Shown here piece after piece: positions 13,436-24,463 of a DNA stretch of 64,000 bases. Each line of letters opens with the position of its first letter. The first letter of the stretch is position 1. The stretch spans positions 1,860,001 to 1,924,000 of the forward strand of contig NC_089436.1 of the NCBI RefSeq assembly GCF_026210795.1. Reading direction: 5' to 3'. The stretch is from Rhizophagus irregularis (lineage: Eukaryota). A program made the position numbers and the translations under genes. Under the pieces are notes generated by a model. The model saw only the letters and a list, made by a program, of their open reading frames with translations, did no database searches and had not been told where the DNA came from.

Positions 13436-14072
13436 AATTTTATAATCTATATAATCTATATTAATAATCTTATATATATATATATATATCATATTATATT
13501 TTCTTTTATCTTTTTATTTCTTTTTTAAAAAAAAAATTACGTATATATATTATTACATAAAATAATTTTATCTAATTAATAATTTGGGGGGGTTTTATTT
13601 TTTTTTTGTCATTATATTATTATTTTTAATAAAATATAATTATGAACATTTATTGAACTTTATGATTTGAATGATTCTGACTCATATTTTGTTATTTGAA
13701 GATTTGACTCAAAATTCGTAATAGTCATCATAACAAAAAGTCTAAAATCAAAAAGTATATATATACCTTTGAAATTTTGACTTTTTCAAAAAAAGTATCT
13801 CATAAAAATCTTCTCATATAATATCTTTACATTCTTTTAATCTTTACACTTTACGTTCTTTACGTTCTAATACTGTACTTTTACGTTCTTTTTTAATATA
13901 ATTACTTTTCTCTCTCTCTTTTCACCAGCTATTTTATAAAAAATTATTAGGAAAATCTTTTTAAAAAATCTTCTCATATATACATATTCTTTATATCTTT
14001 ACGTTCTTTACTTCTCTCTCTTTAATATAATTACACATTCTTTTTAATATAATTACTTGCTCTCTCTCTCGT

Positions 14073-14226
14073 TTCACCAGCTATTTCATAAAAATTCACC
14101 AACTACTTCATAAAAATTCACCAGCTACTTCATAAAAAATCACCAGCTATTTCATAAAAATTCACCAACTACTTCATAAAAATTCACCAGCTACTTCATA
14201 AAAAATCACCAGCTACTTCATAAAAA
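14073..14226 (+). repeat. 22-bp minisatellite, 7 copies (TTCACCAGCTACTTCATAAAAA consensus), ending at the ATG of the second BTB gene
   Basis: Seven near-identical head-to-tail units; an extra degenerate unit near 13921. Confidence 0.95.
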
Positions 14227-15527
14227 ATGAATTTTCAAAATCATTTTCAAAATCATCAAAACCTTCATTCTTTTGGTTTTGCTTTGAATAATGTTTTACA
14301 TATCAAGCAACCTGTTAATTTTCCACCTTATTTAACATCGATAGAATGGCATTTAACTTTTCACCCGGTAAGTTAAAAAAAGAAAGTCCCATTATAATAT
14401 TTAAAATCTTATTAAATTTTTTAATAATTATTTCTAAATACAGTATGATGATAATGATAAAAACGTTTTCGTTTTGAATTTGCTTGCAAAATCTGGAAGT
14501 AACGATAGTAACGAAAATAACGAAAATATCTTATTTTGTTACGATATTTCTTCCATTGTTATGTATACAAAATCTCTTTATAGTAATGAAATTCTTAGAT
14601 TTGGCGCAAAAAATATTAAAATCATTGAAGGTAAATATTGATTACACTTTTATTACTGTACCGTCTGTACGTGTTTTCGTGTTTTATATACTGGGTATAG
14701 TCAGTCCAGTCGCACAAATATTATACAGTATATCTAATCTAATTTATTTTCTCTTAGATGGTAGAGGTTATAGAGGTTATAGTATGAAAGCTCCAAGAAA
14801 AACCTTAGTTGATAACATGATTTTTGGTGTAAAGTTATATCCTTTTCACCTTGGTGCAACAAATATTGAAAGATCTATTCGATCAAAAAATGTTCCAAAG
14901 AATTTGATTTCTGATTTAATTAATGAATTAAAAAATCCTAATCAAAATCAAGCGGATGTCATGTTTATAATTCAAGGTAAAAGGTTATACGTAAAAAGTT
15001 CAATTCTTATATTAAAATCGGATCATTTTAAATTGATGTTTAATGGTAATTGGAAAGAAACAAAAGATCAAGAAGAAGAAGATAAAGAATCAAATATTAA
15101 ATATGTGATTGAAATTACAGATTTTAATTATGATACTGTACTTTCAATGATATTATTTTTTTATACTGAAGAACTTGTTATTAATGAGAAAGAAAGTTTT
15201 ATTAAATATTTTAATAATTTATGGAATTTATTTAGATTATCTGATAAATATCTTTTAGATGATTTGAAAAGAGTAGTAAAATATCATATCTTTGATAGAT
15301 TAAATATAAACAATGCAGCAGAAATGTTATTTAAATATGCTTGGAAATGGACAGATTTAAAAGAACATATTATAAGATTTATAGTAGAAAATATTCAATA
15401 TGTTAGAAATTCAAAAGGTTATAAAGATATATTAGCAAATTATTCGGATAATCCGAATTTTCTTAAGTTAAATACGGAAATTTTTTTAAGATTATATCCT
15501 GAAGAATCATTTGATTTTATTAATTAA
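14227..15527 (+). CDS. Second MATH-like + BTB/POZ paralogue, 3 exons
   Basis: Exon 1 MNFQNH...FPPYLTSIEWHLTFHP; BTB ADVMFIIQGKRLYVKSSILILKSDHFKLMF; shares NAAEMLFKYAWKW with the upstream paralogue and has similarly placed introns. Confidence 0.85.
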
Positions 15528-18132
15528 TTAAGATTTTAAAAATTAAGGACTAGGTTTAATAATTAAGAACTAGCTTTTATATTATGTTTTAATTAGGTTT
15601 TATATTATAATAATATTCTAATAATATTCTAATATATTTTATTATAAGGTATTTACTATTTTAATTATGTATATATACGTATACTTATTTCGTAAATAAT
15701 AATTATATTATCAAAAAGCAATTGGTACTTCAATTTTTTATATAATATTTACCTGAAAATTTACCTGATCATCCGAATATATCGGATATTGTAATAATAA
15801 TAAATATTTGCTAAACAAATAAAAAATCTATGTGCTTTGACCTTTGTGATGTTGTGATGCAAATAAGGTAAAATCATATAATCATATAGTAACTGTAAGG
15901 TTTGTGCGGTAATGTGTACTTTGAACTGTCAAAATTGTGTTCAAAAATGATGACAGTCTTTTCACCTTGTAATACTGTAATGTTCTCATGTAATGTTCCC
16001 ACCATGTAATGTTTCCGCCATGTAATGTTTCATGTTTCCATGTAATGTTTCTTAATATAGTGTTTTTAATAGAAAAAAAAGGCATCGATACTTCAAAATT
16101 TGAATTTTTCAATACAGGCTGTTTTAAACCAATAAAAGTGGCTTAAAAAAGATTAAAAATAAGTTTTTGTTTATTTTGAACACTTTTTTTGGGGGAAAAT
16201 TCTTTTGAGATATAACATCTTGTAAGACAAATGAAACGACCAAATTATATAACTATTTGATAAACTAAATATATTCTCATTTATTTAAGTTTTATAAATT
16301 ACATGTGAAATATGTTTCAGGATATTATTGATATTATTTCAAGTAAAGATAATCATTTCTCTTTTATTTAAAAAAAAACAAGAACCTTAACTTGAAAAAC
16401 CAAAAGAGGCGACGGTTCCGATAAACTGTACAAGAATCTTTCGGTAGTTTCCTTTCTATGAATCTAAATGATTTAAAAAATGATTGAAAGGTTTTCTATA
16501 AAGAATTCATTATAATAGATAAGTTTTTATTACCAAATTTGGACATCATTTAAAATAATACTTTTTTCTATAAAAAATAAATAAAGTTTTTGTTTATGTT
16601 TCTATCTAAATAGATTCACGCCAAAAAAATTACAAAATCGAAAAATGTAAAAAAACTGGGGAAATTTACAATCATTATTTTTTAGCCAATAACCAAAAAG
16701 AGTATTTATAATAAGGATACATTACGTAATGAGTAATCACTGAGTAATCACTCCCCTTATAATCGACATTACATTTTTTTTACAGCCAATAATTTTAACC
16801 AATAGTTGAAAAGAGTATAACTATATTTCAAAGACCAAACAGACCAACAACATACATGATTATTACGTAAATTTCCCCTTTTAACATATTCTAGGGGAGA
16901 ATATTTCACCTATTTCGTGTTGAATCAGAGTTTATAGATCATGATTGGTTTGGAATATTTTCATTCAAGTAATTTCATAGTCAGATAGCATACTTTTTCA
17001 TTGTCAATGATATTTGAAGTCCCTCCTCTCATTAAAATAATAAAAAAGGTAAAAGTGATAAAAAGTGATAAAAAGTGATAAAAAAAAAAGAAAAGAAAAG
17101 AAAAAGCCACAATATGTTAATCAATTACACGTTGTCGGGATTTTTCTTGTTTCGGTATTCTTTTAGTCATTGCTTTGAAATGTTGATCGTTTGAAATTTG
17201 TAGTTCTGAAAAAATCTTGGTTGTTTATACATACATCAATCGATACATCGATGTTATACATACATTATTAACCAATTTTGGCTAAACATGAAATTCCTAA
17301 AATCAGTATTTTTTTACCCGTTTTTTCAAGTTTACTAACTTGATATAGGATATGATAATAATAAATGTTATAATAAATGTTTATGATAAATGTTTATGAT
17401 AAATGTCAGTTATGATAAATGTTATGATAAATGTTGTATGTTATTTGTATGTTAAGTTAATTGTATGTTAAGTTATTTGTATGAAATTGCTGCGTCACAA
17501 ACTTTTTTTTTTTTTTAAGCTTATGTAATGAAAGTAACTACCATTTCCACATGGTCAGTTACCTCACTTTACTTTAAGGTAAGGTCTCGGCAATACGGTA
17601 TAATTATTTTATTTATTTTATTTATTTTGCGTAGAAAAAAAAAAAATTTCATTGTGTTAATGAATTATTTGATTTAGGTAATAATAATTTTCCTTCTCAT
17701 TGTAATAATAAAAAAGGTTGTTTTTACAAATCACTCCTTAATTTGGTAAATTACATTAATAATTTTAATGATAATCATCTTCCGAGAAAATAAGTTATTT
17801 TTTTCAATTTTATTCATAAATGAAATTTTTTTAAATAATTTTGGTTTTGATACACTTTCTTTCTTTCTATTTTCGGTTTATAGTCCCGATGATTTTTGAA
17901 CAATTATATATTATTGATTACCAAAATAGTCAATAAGTCGTCATAATACATGAATTTATGATTTTTATCAAAAAAAAAATTTTTTTTTAGATCTAAAAGA
18001 AGAGAAAAAGAAGAAGAAGAAGAAAAAAGAAGAAAAAAAGAAGGGGAGGAGGAAAAAGAAAAGGAAAAAAAAAGAAAAAGTTCAATATATATATTATTCA
18101 AATTATATATTTATATAAGAATTTTTCTAACT

Positions 18133-18250
18133 ATCACCGGGGGTGATGATCACCGATGACTGAAATTATGATGATCGACCAGCATTAAAAAAATAGAATG
18201 CCAGTAAAATTTGATAATTCTGGCTAACGGTGATACTCACCCCCGGTGAT
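18133..18250. mobile_element. Putative 118-bp MITE / inverted repeat
   Basis: Left arm ATCACCGGGGGTGATGATCACCG vs reverse complement of right arm ATCACCGGGGGTGAGTATCACCG (21/23 match); GC-rich in AT-rich surroundings; no clear TSD. Confidence 0.55.
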
Positions 18251-18419
18251 TTGAAGTAAAAAACTTTATATAATTATTTATTAAAAAAAGAAAGAAAATG
18301 ATTTAACTATCTACAAAAAATACTAAACACTAAAAATAAAACAGTAAAAAATAAACTATCAACACACTTTATATAAACTTTATATATACTTTATAAATAA
18401 TAATAAATTACGTTTACGT

Positions 18420-19388
18420 TTAATCATTTAAACCACATACACTTGGATCCATATCATCATTATCCCAATTCATTCCACTCATCAAACGATGAAAACAATA
18501 CATACATTCACGTTCTCTATCACTTAATTTTTCTTCACTTTCAATACATTGTTGTATAATCTTTCTTGCTCTTTCAACCATTAATGTTTTTTGTGAAGGT
18601 AAAATATTATGTTTAAAATAATGATCCAAAGTATACCGAAAAGCAAAAAAAGCTTCTCGTCCACCAATTTTTTGAGATAATTTAGAATCTCCTTGTTTTG
18701 ATAATTTCATATCAAGTTTTTCTAAAATTTTTGTACGTTCACGAGAAAATGAAGGCATCATTTCATTTATATAAGTTAAAGTAAATAAACGATCCGCAAC
18801 CATTTTCGTTATATCAAAAGGAGATATTTCAGGAATTGATTCAGGACATTCTTTTGATATATTTAATTGTATACCAGAAAAAATTGTTGGTAATTGTTTT
18901 TTTATTCTACAAGCGAAATAAATAGCTCGATCTTTTGCATTCTTTTCAGAGAAATATTCTGAATAAAAATCTTCAGTTGAATATTCTAATGATGAATTTG
19001 ATGAAGGAAATTGTTGATGATCAAAAGTTGGACTTAAACTTTCATTATTATTATTCGAATCATCAAGGTAAGAATTAATATCGTTGGTATTTCCATCATT
19101 AATCATCATGGTACTTAAACGTTTGGATTCTCGTTTAATAATATTCATGGTTTTAACAAAATTTCCTGAATTATCAGCGAAATCCAAAGGTAATTCAACT
19201 TTTGCTGTTGATGGTGATTCTCTAGGTGTAATAGCTTCTTCATAATCATCACTTGTAATTGCTTCTTCTGAATCAGGTTCATGTTCAGAATCGGATGAAA
19301 CTTCATGATATCTTTTACTTATGGATTTTTTAAGTTTTCTTGATTCTGTTTGAATATGAAGACTCAACCGTTTTGGAAAGAGACGCAT
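18420..19388 (-). CDS. Hypothetical protein, 322 aa, intronless; disordered acidic/Ser-rich N-half and helical C-half
   Basis: Long ORF with host-like codon usage, ATG start and long AT-rich upstream region; no family recognised. Confidence 0.7.
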   Translation of the reverse strand: MRLFPKRLSLHIQTESRKLKKSISKRYHEVSSDSEHEPDSEEAITSDDYEEAITPRESPSTAKVELPLDFADNSGNFVKTMNIIKRESKRLSTMMINDGNTNDINSYLDDSNNNNESLSPTFDHQQFPSSNSSLEYSTEDFYSEYFSEKNAKDRAIYFACRIKKQLPTIFSGIQLNISKECPESIPEISPFDITKMVADRLFTLTYINEMMPSFSRERTKILEKLDMKLSKQGDSKLSQKIGGREAFFAFRYTLDHYFKHNILPSQKTLMVERARKIIQQCIESEEKLSDRERECMYCFHRLMSGMNWDNDDMDPSVCGLND

Positions 19389-21336
19389 GTTTGTTATTAT
19401 TGAAGAAGGATTTAAAAAAAAAAAGGTTTTTTTTTTTAAAAAAAAAAAAGAATAAATAAATAAAATGAAATGAAAAAAAAAGGTTTGAAAAATCGGTTAG
19501 TATTTAAATTTGTTTGAAAATTATGAAAGCATATATATATTATATATTAATATATATGGTTATTGATTTTTAATTTTAATTAATTTAATGTTTAATAGAA
19601 ACGTATTCAAAAGAAAAAAAGGAAAGTATATAATAAATATATAAAAAGGAAAATGATAAAATAATAATAAATAATAATAAATATAAACAAAAAAAAAAAA
19701 AAAATTTTTTTTTTTTAAAAAAGGGACAATGAAAAAGGTTTTAAAAAGAAAGTTTTAATCTTTTTTTCGATTTTCGAAAATGGGTTTTATGAGAGTTTTG
19801 TGTTAGTTATTAGGAGTTGTAAGAGTGTTTGTGAATGATTCTGATTAAATAATTTGTATCGGAGAAAAAAAAATAATATTGTACTATTGAAAAAAAAAAA
19901 AAAAAGTGTACTATGTGTACTAACTATTAAATATACTATGAACTCTATGAATATTTTCCGAACTTGGGGAGAATGATAGATAATTATTTTGTTAATATTA
20001 TTTATAGATTATCTCGGTTATATGAAATAAAAAAAAGGAAAAGAAATGAGTAAAAAAAAAAATTGATTTTTTTTTTTTATTTTTACAAAAAAGCAAAACC
20101 CCGAAATAGAACACACACATATATATACATTATTATTATTATTATTATTATTTATTATTATATGAAAGAGAAAAAAAAAAGGATTGACGGTTGGTCGAAC
20201 TATAATTATTTTATTTTTTTATTTTAATTCAAGTTTATTTAACGAATTTTTAAACGTTTAAAAGGCAATTTTGGTAGGATGTTTCACTAATAAGTAATAA
20301 ACATTAACTTTAATTGGATTAAACGAGTGTAATACAAGGAAGTACGTGCTAGAAGGTTATTATATTCATGGATCACGAGGGATGTGATTAATGTGATCAA
20401 TAAATAATAAAACCCTTTATTTCATAAAAGATCACAAGGTGAATTTGTGTATTTCAACGTGTGTAGTATTTAATTTAAATATATGCAAAATATATATGCA
20501 ATATTTTGTAATTTATAAGGAAGTTTCCTTTTTTTAATTGAAAATGTGATGAAATCAGGCCATATTGGCAACTTATTGGCGACTTGGCGGAAAATAAATA
20601 TACGTATATGTATATATGTATATATACAATATATATATATATATATATATGTATATCTTAACACAATACATTTAACAACTATAACAACTATACATTTAAC
20701 ACATTTAACACTATTTTTTTTTTGCCCGACTTGGATAATAGTTAATATTTTTTTTTAAAATACGTAGTTTTTTCGTAATTAGTTTCAAAAAAAAAAAAGT
20801 TTTTTAGAATTATTCGTTACGTATTGTCAAAGATTTATTTGTTGTTTTTCCCGTTGGGTCGTAATAAAAAAGATTGGTCTAATATTAAATTAGAAAAATT
20901 ATAATGAATTAAAAACTTTAAAACCTTTTCATTCAATTCTTTTAAGAAAAAAGGTATTTTTTCTTTGTTTGTCTTCTTTTAAACTTGTTTCAAAGTAACT
21001 TAATACTTTTCGTGATTGACCGTAGCGTAACACAAGGGTATAAGCCCGAAGAGAAATCATTACAATGTGATACAATATTTCCTTTTTTAGAAAAAGTGAC
21101 TAACTCTAATTAACATTTTATTGATATTCCTGGCTAAATAAATGGAATACTTAATATAGTTAGTTTACATTTCCGGTGATTTTACTCCGTATTTTATTTT
21201 TACTTTGCCACACGCAGCAATTCGCAGCAATTCGCAGCAATGTTAAAATAATTATATAAAGTCGAGGAGAGACTAGGGAGAGATTTCGTTCTAACTACGA
21301 ACAAAATCATTCAATAAATCATTCAATCATTAAAAG

Positions 21337-23010
21337 ATGACTACAATTGATTCATCAACATCAAATGAATGGTGGAATATTAACAAACATGTTAAATATC
21401 ATGCAATCGAAACCACTTCAAATTCTAAAAGGGTAGAAATATTTAAAAAAGAAAATCTTTTAGACAAATGCGAGTAAGTATATACTTATACATCACAAGA
21501 ATTATTGTATAACACGTATTAACTCTATAACATTGTAACACTGTAACTTTTTTTTATTAATCCATTCTTTTTTTTAAAAAAATTTTTTAAAGGTGGGTCG
21601 TAACAGAAAAAGTTCATGGTAGTAATTTCTCTTTTATTACCAATGGTAAAGAAATCAAATGTGCTAGTAGATTAGGACTTTTAACAGATTCAACTGAATA
21701 TTATGGATTTCAAAATGTTAAAGAAAGATATTATAAAAATATTATAAAATTATGGGATATAATGTTAACAAAAAATTTAATTAAATCAAAATCAAAATCA
21801 AAATCAAATAATAATGATGATGATAATTTAAATGATGATGATGAAAAAGTTATTATAATATTTGGTGAATTATTTGGTGGTAGATATTCTCATCCTGATG
21901 TAAAACCTATAAAAAATGCTATAATGTGTCAATTTGGTATAGATTATTGTCCACAAAATGATTTCTTGGCTTTTGATATTTATGATGGAAAAGATTTTTT
22001 AAATTATGATATTATGATTGATTTATTTAAAGAATCTGAATTACCATATCTTAAACCTTTATTTAGAGGTTCTTTTAATGATGCTTTTAATTATAATCCT
22101 GATTTTATTACTACAATTCCGGTAATTATAAATTTTTTATTATTAATGTTATGTTATTTCAATTTTCATATAAAGAAAAAAGAGTTTAATTAATTTATTT
22201 TTTTTTACTTTTACTCTAAACGTTATTCTATTTATCCTATCCTATTTAATCCTAATAATTCTATTATCCTATTTAATCCTACTTAATCTTATCCTGCTTA
22301 ATTCTATTTAATCCAATTTTAATCTACTTACCCTATTTATCCTATTTAATCCTATTATTTATCCTACTTACCCCATTTAATCCTATTTATCCTACTTACC
22401 CTATTTATCCAATTATCCTATTTATCCAATTTTATCCTATTTCCAATTATTTAATTTATCCGACTACCATAATAGGACTTAATGGGATTACCGCCATTGC
22501 CATTCCAAAATAGAGCTGAAGGCGTAATCATAAAACCGGTATTAACAATTCGTGCGAAAGATAAGGATAGACGCGTAATTTTAAAGATTAAAACTACAGA
22601 TTTCGTAGAACGCGTTCGAACTAAAAAACGCGAATATAAAGAAGAATCAAGAAAAAAATCAATTCAACCAATGAATGAAATGTATGATGAATTTTTAACA
22701 TTTATTAATGAAAATAGAGTTTGTAGTGTAGTATCAAAATTTGGTCCTATTATAAAACAAAATCAAGAAGAGAATATTGAAAATAAATTAAATGAAAGGA
22801 TTAATCAAGTTACTTTATTATTATTTGAAGATGCTTTAATTGATCTTTATAAAGATGATGAATTAAAAGAAAAATTTGAAAATTTACCAATTTATCAACA
22901 AGAAATTATTAAAGAAAAAATTAAAGGGGTTGAAGCTTTAAATGTTGTTAAAGATTATGTAGAAAAAATTAAAAGTATGATTTCTTTAACTTCAGATACT
23001 ATTTTAAATG

Positions 23011-23041
<31 letters not shown>

Positions 23042-23093
23042 GGATTTATTAGATGATAGTGATGATAATATTTTAGATTCGATTTTAACTTAA
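21337..23093 (+). CDS. Rnl2-family ATP-dependent RNA ligase (T4 Rnl2 / kinetoplastid REL type), 3 exons
   Basis: Exons 21337-21473, 21593-22121, 22476-23093. Motif I WVVTEKVHGSNF, Ia ASR, III FGELFGG, IIIa FLAFDI, IV EGVIIKP, V ILKIK; C-domain INENRVCSVVSKFG...LFEDAL. Confidence 0.88.
22225..22455. repeat. Degenerate ~10-bp repeat (TATCCTATTT/AATCCTACTT) expanding intron 2 of the ligase gene
   Basis: Many imperfect copies visible. Confidence 0.75.
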
Positions 23094-23254
23094 TAATAAT
23101 AAATATAGTAACAATAATAATAAATATAGTAACAATTGGGATGAATAAAATATTATTATAATAATAAAATATTTATTATTAATAAAATTTTTGAATCAAT
23201 TATATTTATTTTTGGATACTTTTGATTTATTTTTAAGTTTATAAATTTATAATC

Positions 23255-23336
23255 CAATCATTTTTATGCAATCATTTTTATGCAATCATTTTTATGCAAT
23301 CATTTTTATGCAATCATTTTACGCTATCATTTTTAT
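23255..23336. repeat. 14-bp tandem repeat CAATCATTTTTATG, about 6 copies
   Basis: Four perfect and two degenerate units. Confidence 0.9.
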
Positions 23337-23823
23337 AATGGCCGAAAGTTCGGTAAAAGGAAACAAAATTATCCAAAAAAAAATCTGAAACAAGCTGCAA
23401 CTCATACAAGCAATGAGAATACTATATATATCAATACCGTCATATTAAAATTGAACTTAAAAAAAACATTACAATGATAAAAAAAAGGGGGGGGTAGGTC
23501 GGAGTATCAATAAACCCGTTTCATTATTATTACAATGAAAAAAATGAGAAAAAGATGATAAAAAAAAAAGATAATCTGCGTACAAACCCTACACAAGTCT
23601 AACAACCCTACAATACACAATACAGTGTACAAAAAAAAAAAAAAATGTTTGTATTTTTGATAAGCTTTTCATAAAGTGTAATCATATGTTAACTGCGATT
23701 CGTTTCGTTGACGCCACCACACGTAAAATTTGTCATAGAAAAATTTTTTATGATTATAGAAATTTGTTTTAATTATCGATTATTTGATTATTTCATATGA
23801 ATATGTCATATTCACCATAGTTA

Positions 23824-24070
23824 ATGACAAATCCAAACTTAATGTCGAAAACTTCATATTCAAATGTTTTTTTTTTTCAGATAAAGGACAAATCCAAACT
23901 TTAATGTCAAAAACACTTTTTTAAATGTCATATTCATCATTATGATAATTTTTTGTAACAAAATGAAATAAATGTTTTTTTTCGGATAATGACAAATCCA
24001 AACTTAATGTCAAAAACTTTTTTTTTTTGACGTAAAATTCGACGTAAAATTCGACGCAAAATACGACGCA
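23824..24070. repeat. Three dispersed copies of GACAAATCCAAACTTAATGTCAAAAAC plus a 12-bp GACGTAAAATTC-like array
   Basis: Visible at ~23826, ~23887, ~23991 and 24029-24070. Confidence 0.7.
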
Positions 24071-24463
24071 AAAAACAAAAATAAAAAATAAAAAAATAAA
24101 AAAATACACTACTGTATGTGACTATCATTTAATTTTAAACTTTATTAATTAAATTGACGTGTTCAATATAAAACATCATTTAAATAAATCACAGACTATA
24201 TAAAAAATATTATTATCTGTTATAATGTTTTTTCGATACTTTTTATATATTTATATATATATGAATTAATCTATGTATAATAAGTTAATTATTAAAAAAA
24301 AAACTCCAAATTCGCCAGGAAAAAAAAGAAAGAAAAAAGAAAAAATTTCGAAAAGAAATACAATTTAAAAAGATATATATACATATTTCATCTGTTATTT
24401 TATAACTAAATAACTGACACCCTTTTTTTTTATGCCATTATAGATTTACAAAATTAATATTAT

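Noticed and set aside
14073..14226. CRISPR-like array
   Set aside because: Units are head-to-tail with no unique spacers, the context is eukaryotic and there are no cas genes
14484..14757. N-terminal ~90 aa of the 347-aa ORF-track protein
   Set aside because: Out-of-frame exon 2 plus intron; the spliced model starting at 14227 matches the paralogue's structure
15882..20758. Short low-complexity ORFs (15882, 17904, 20470, 20546)
   Set aside because: Products of microsatellites and A/T tracts
5696..23093. LAS1 nuclease plus RNA ligase as a functional cleavage-and-repair cluster
   Set aside because: 14 kb apart with unrelated genes between; LAS1 is a universal housekeeping gene, so proximity is not evidence
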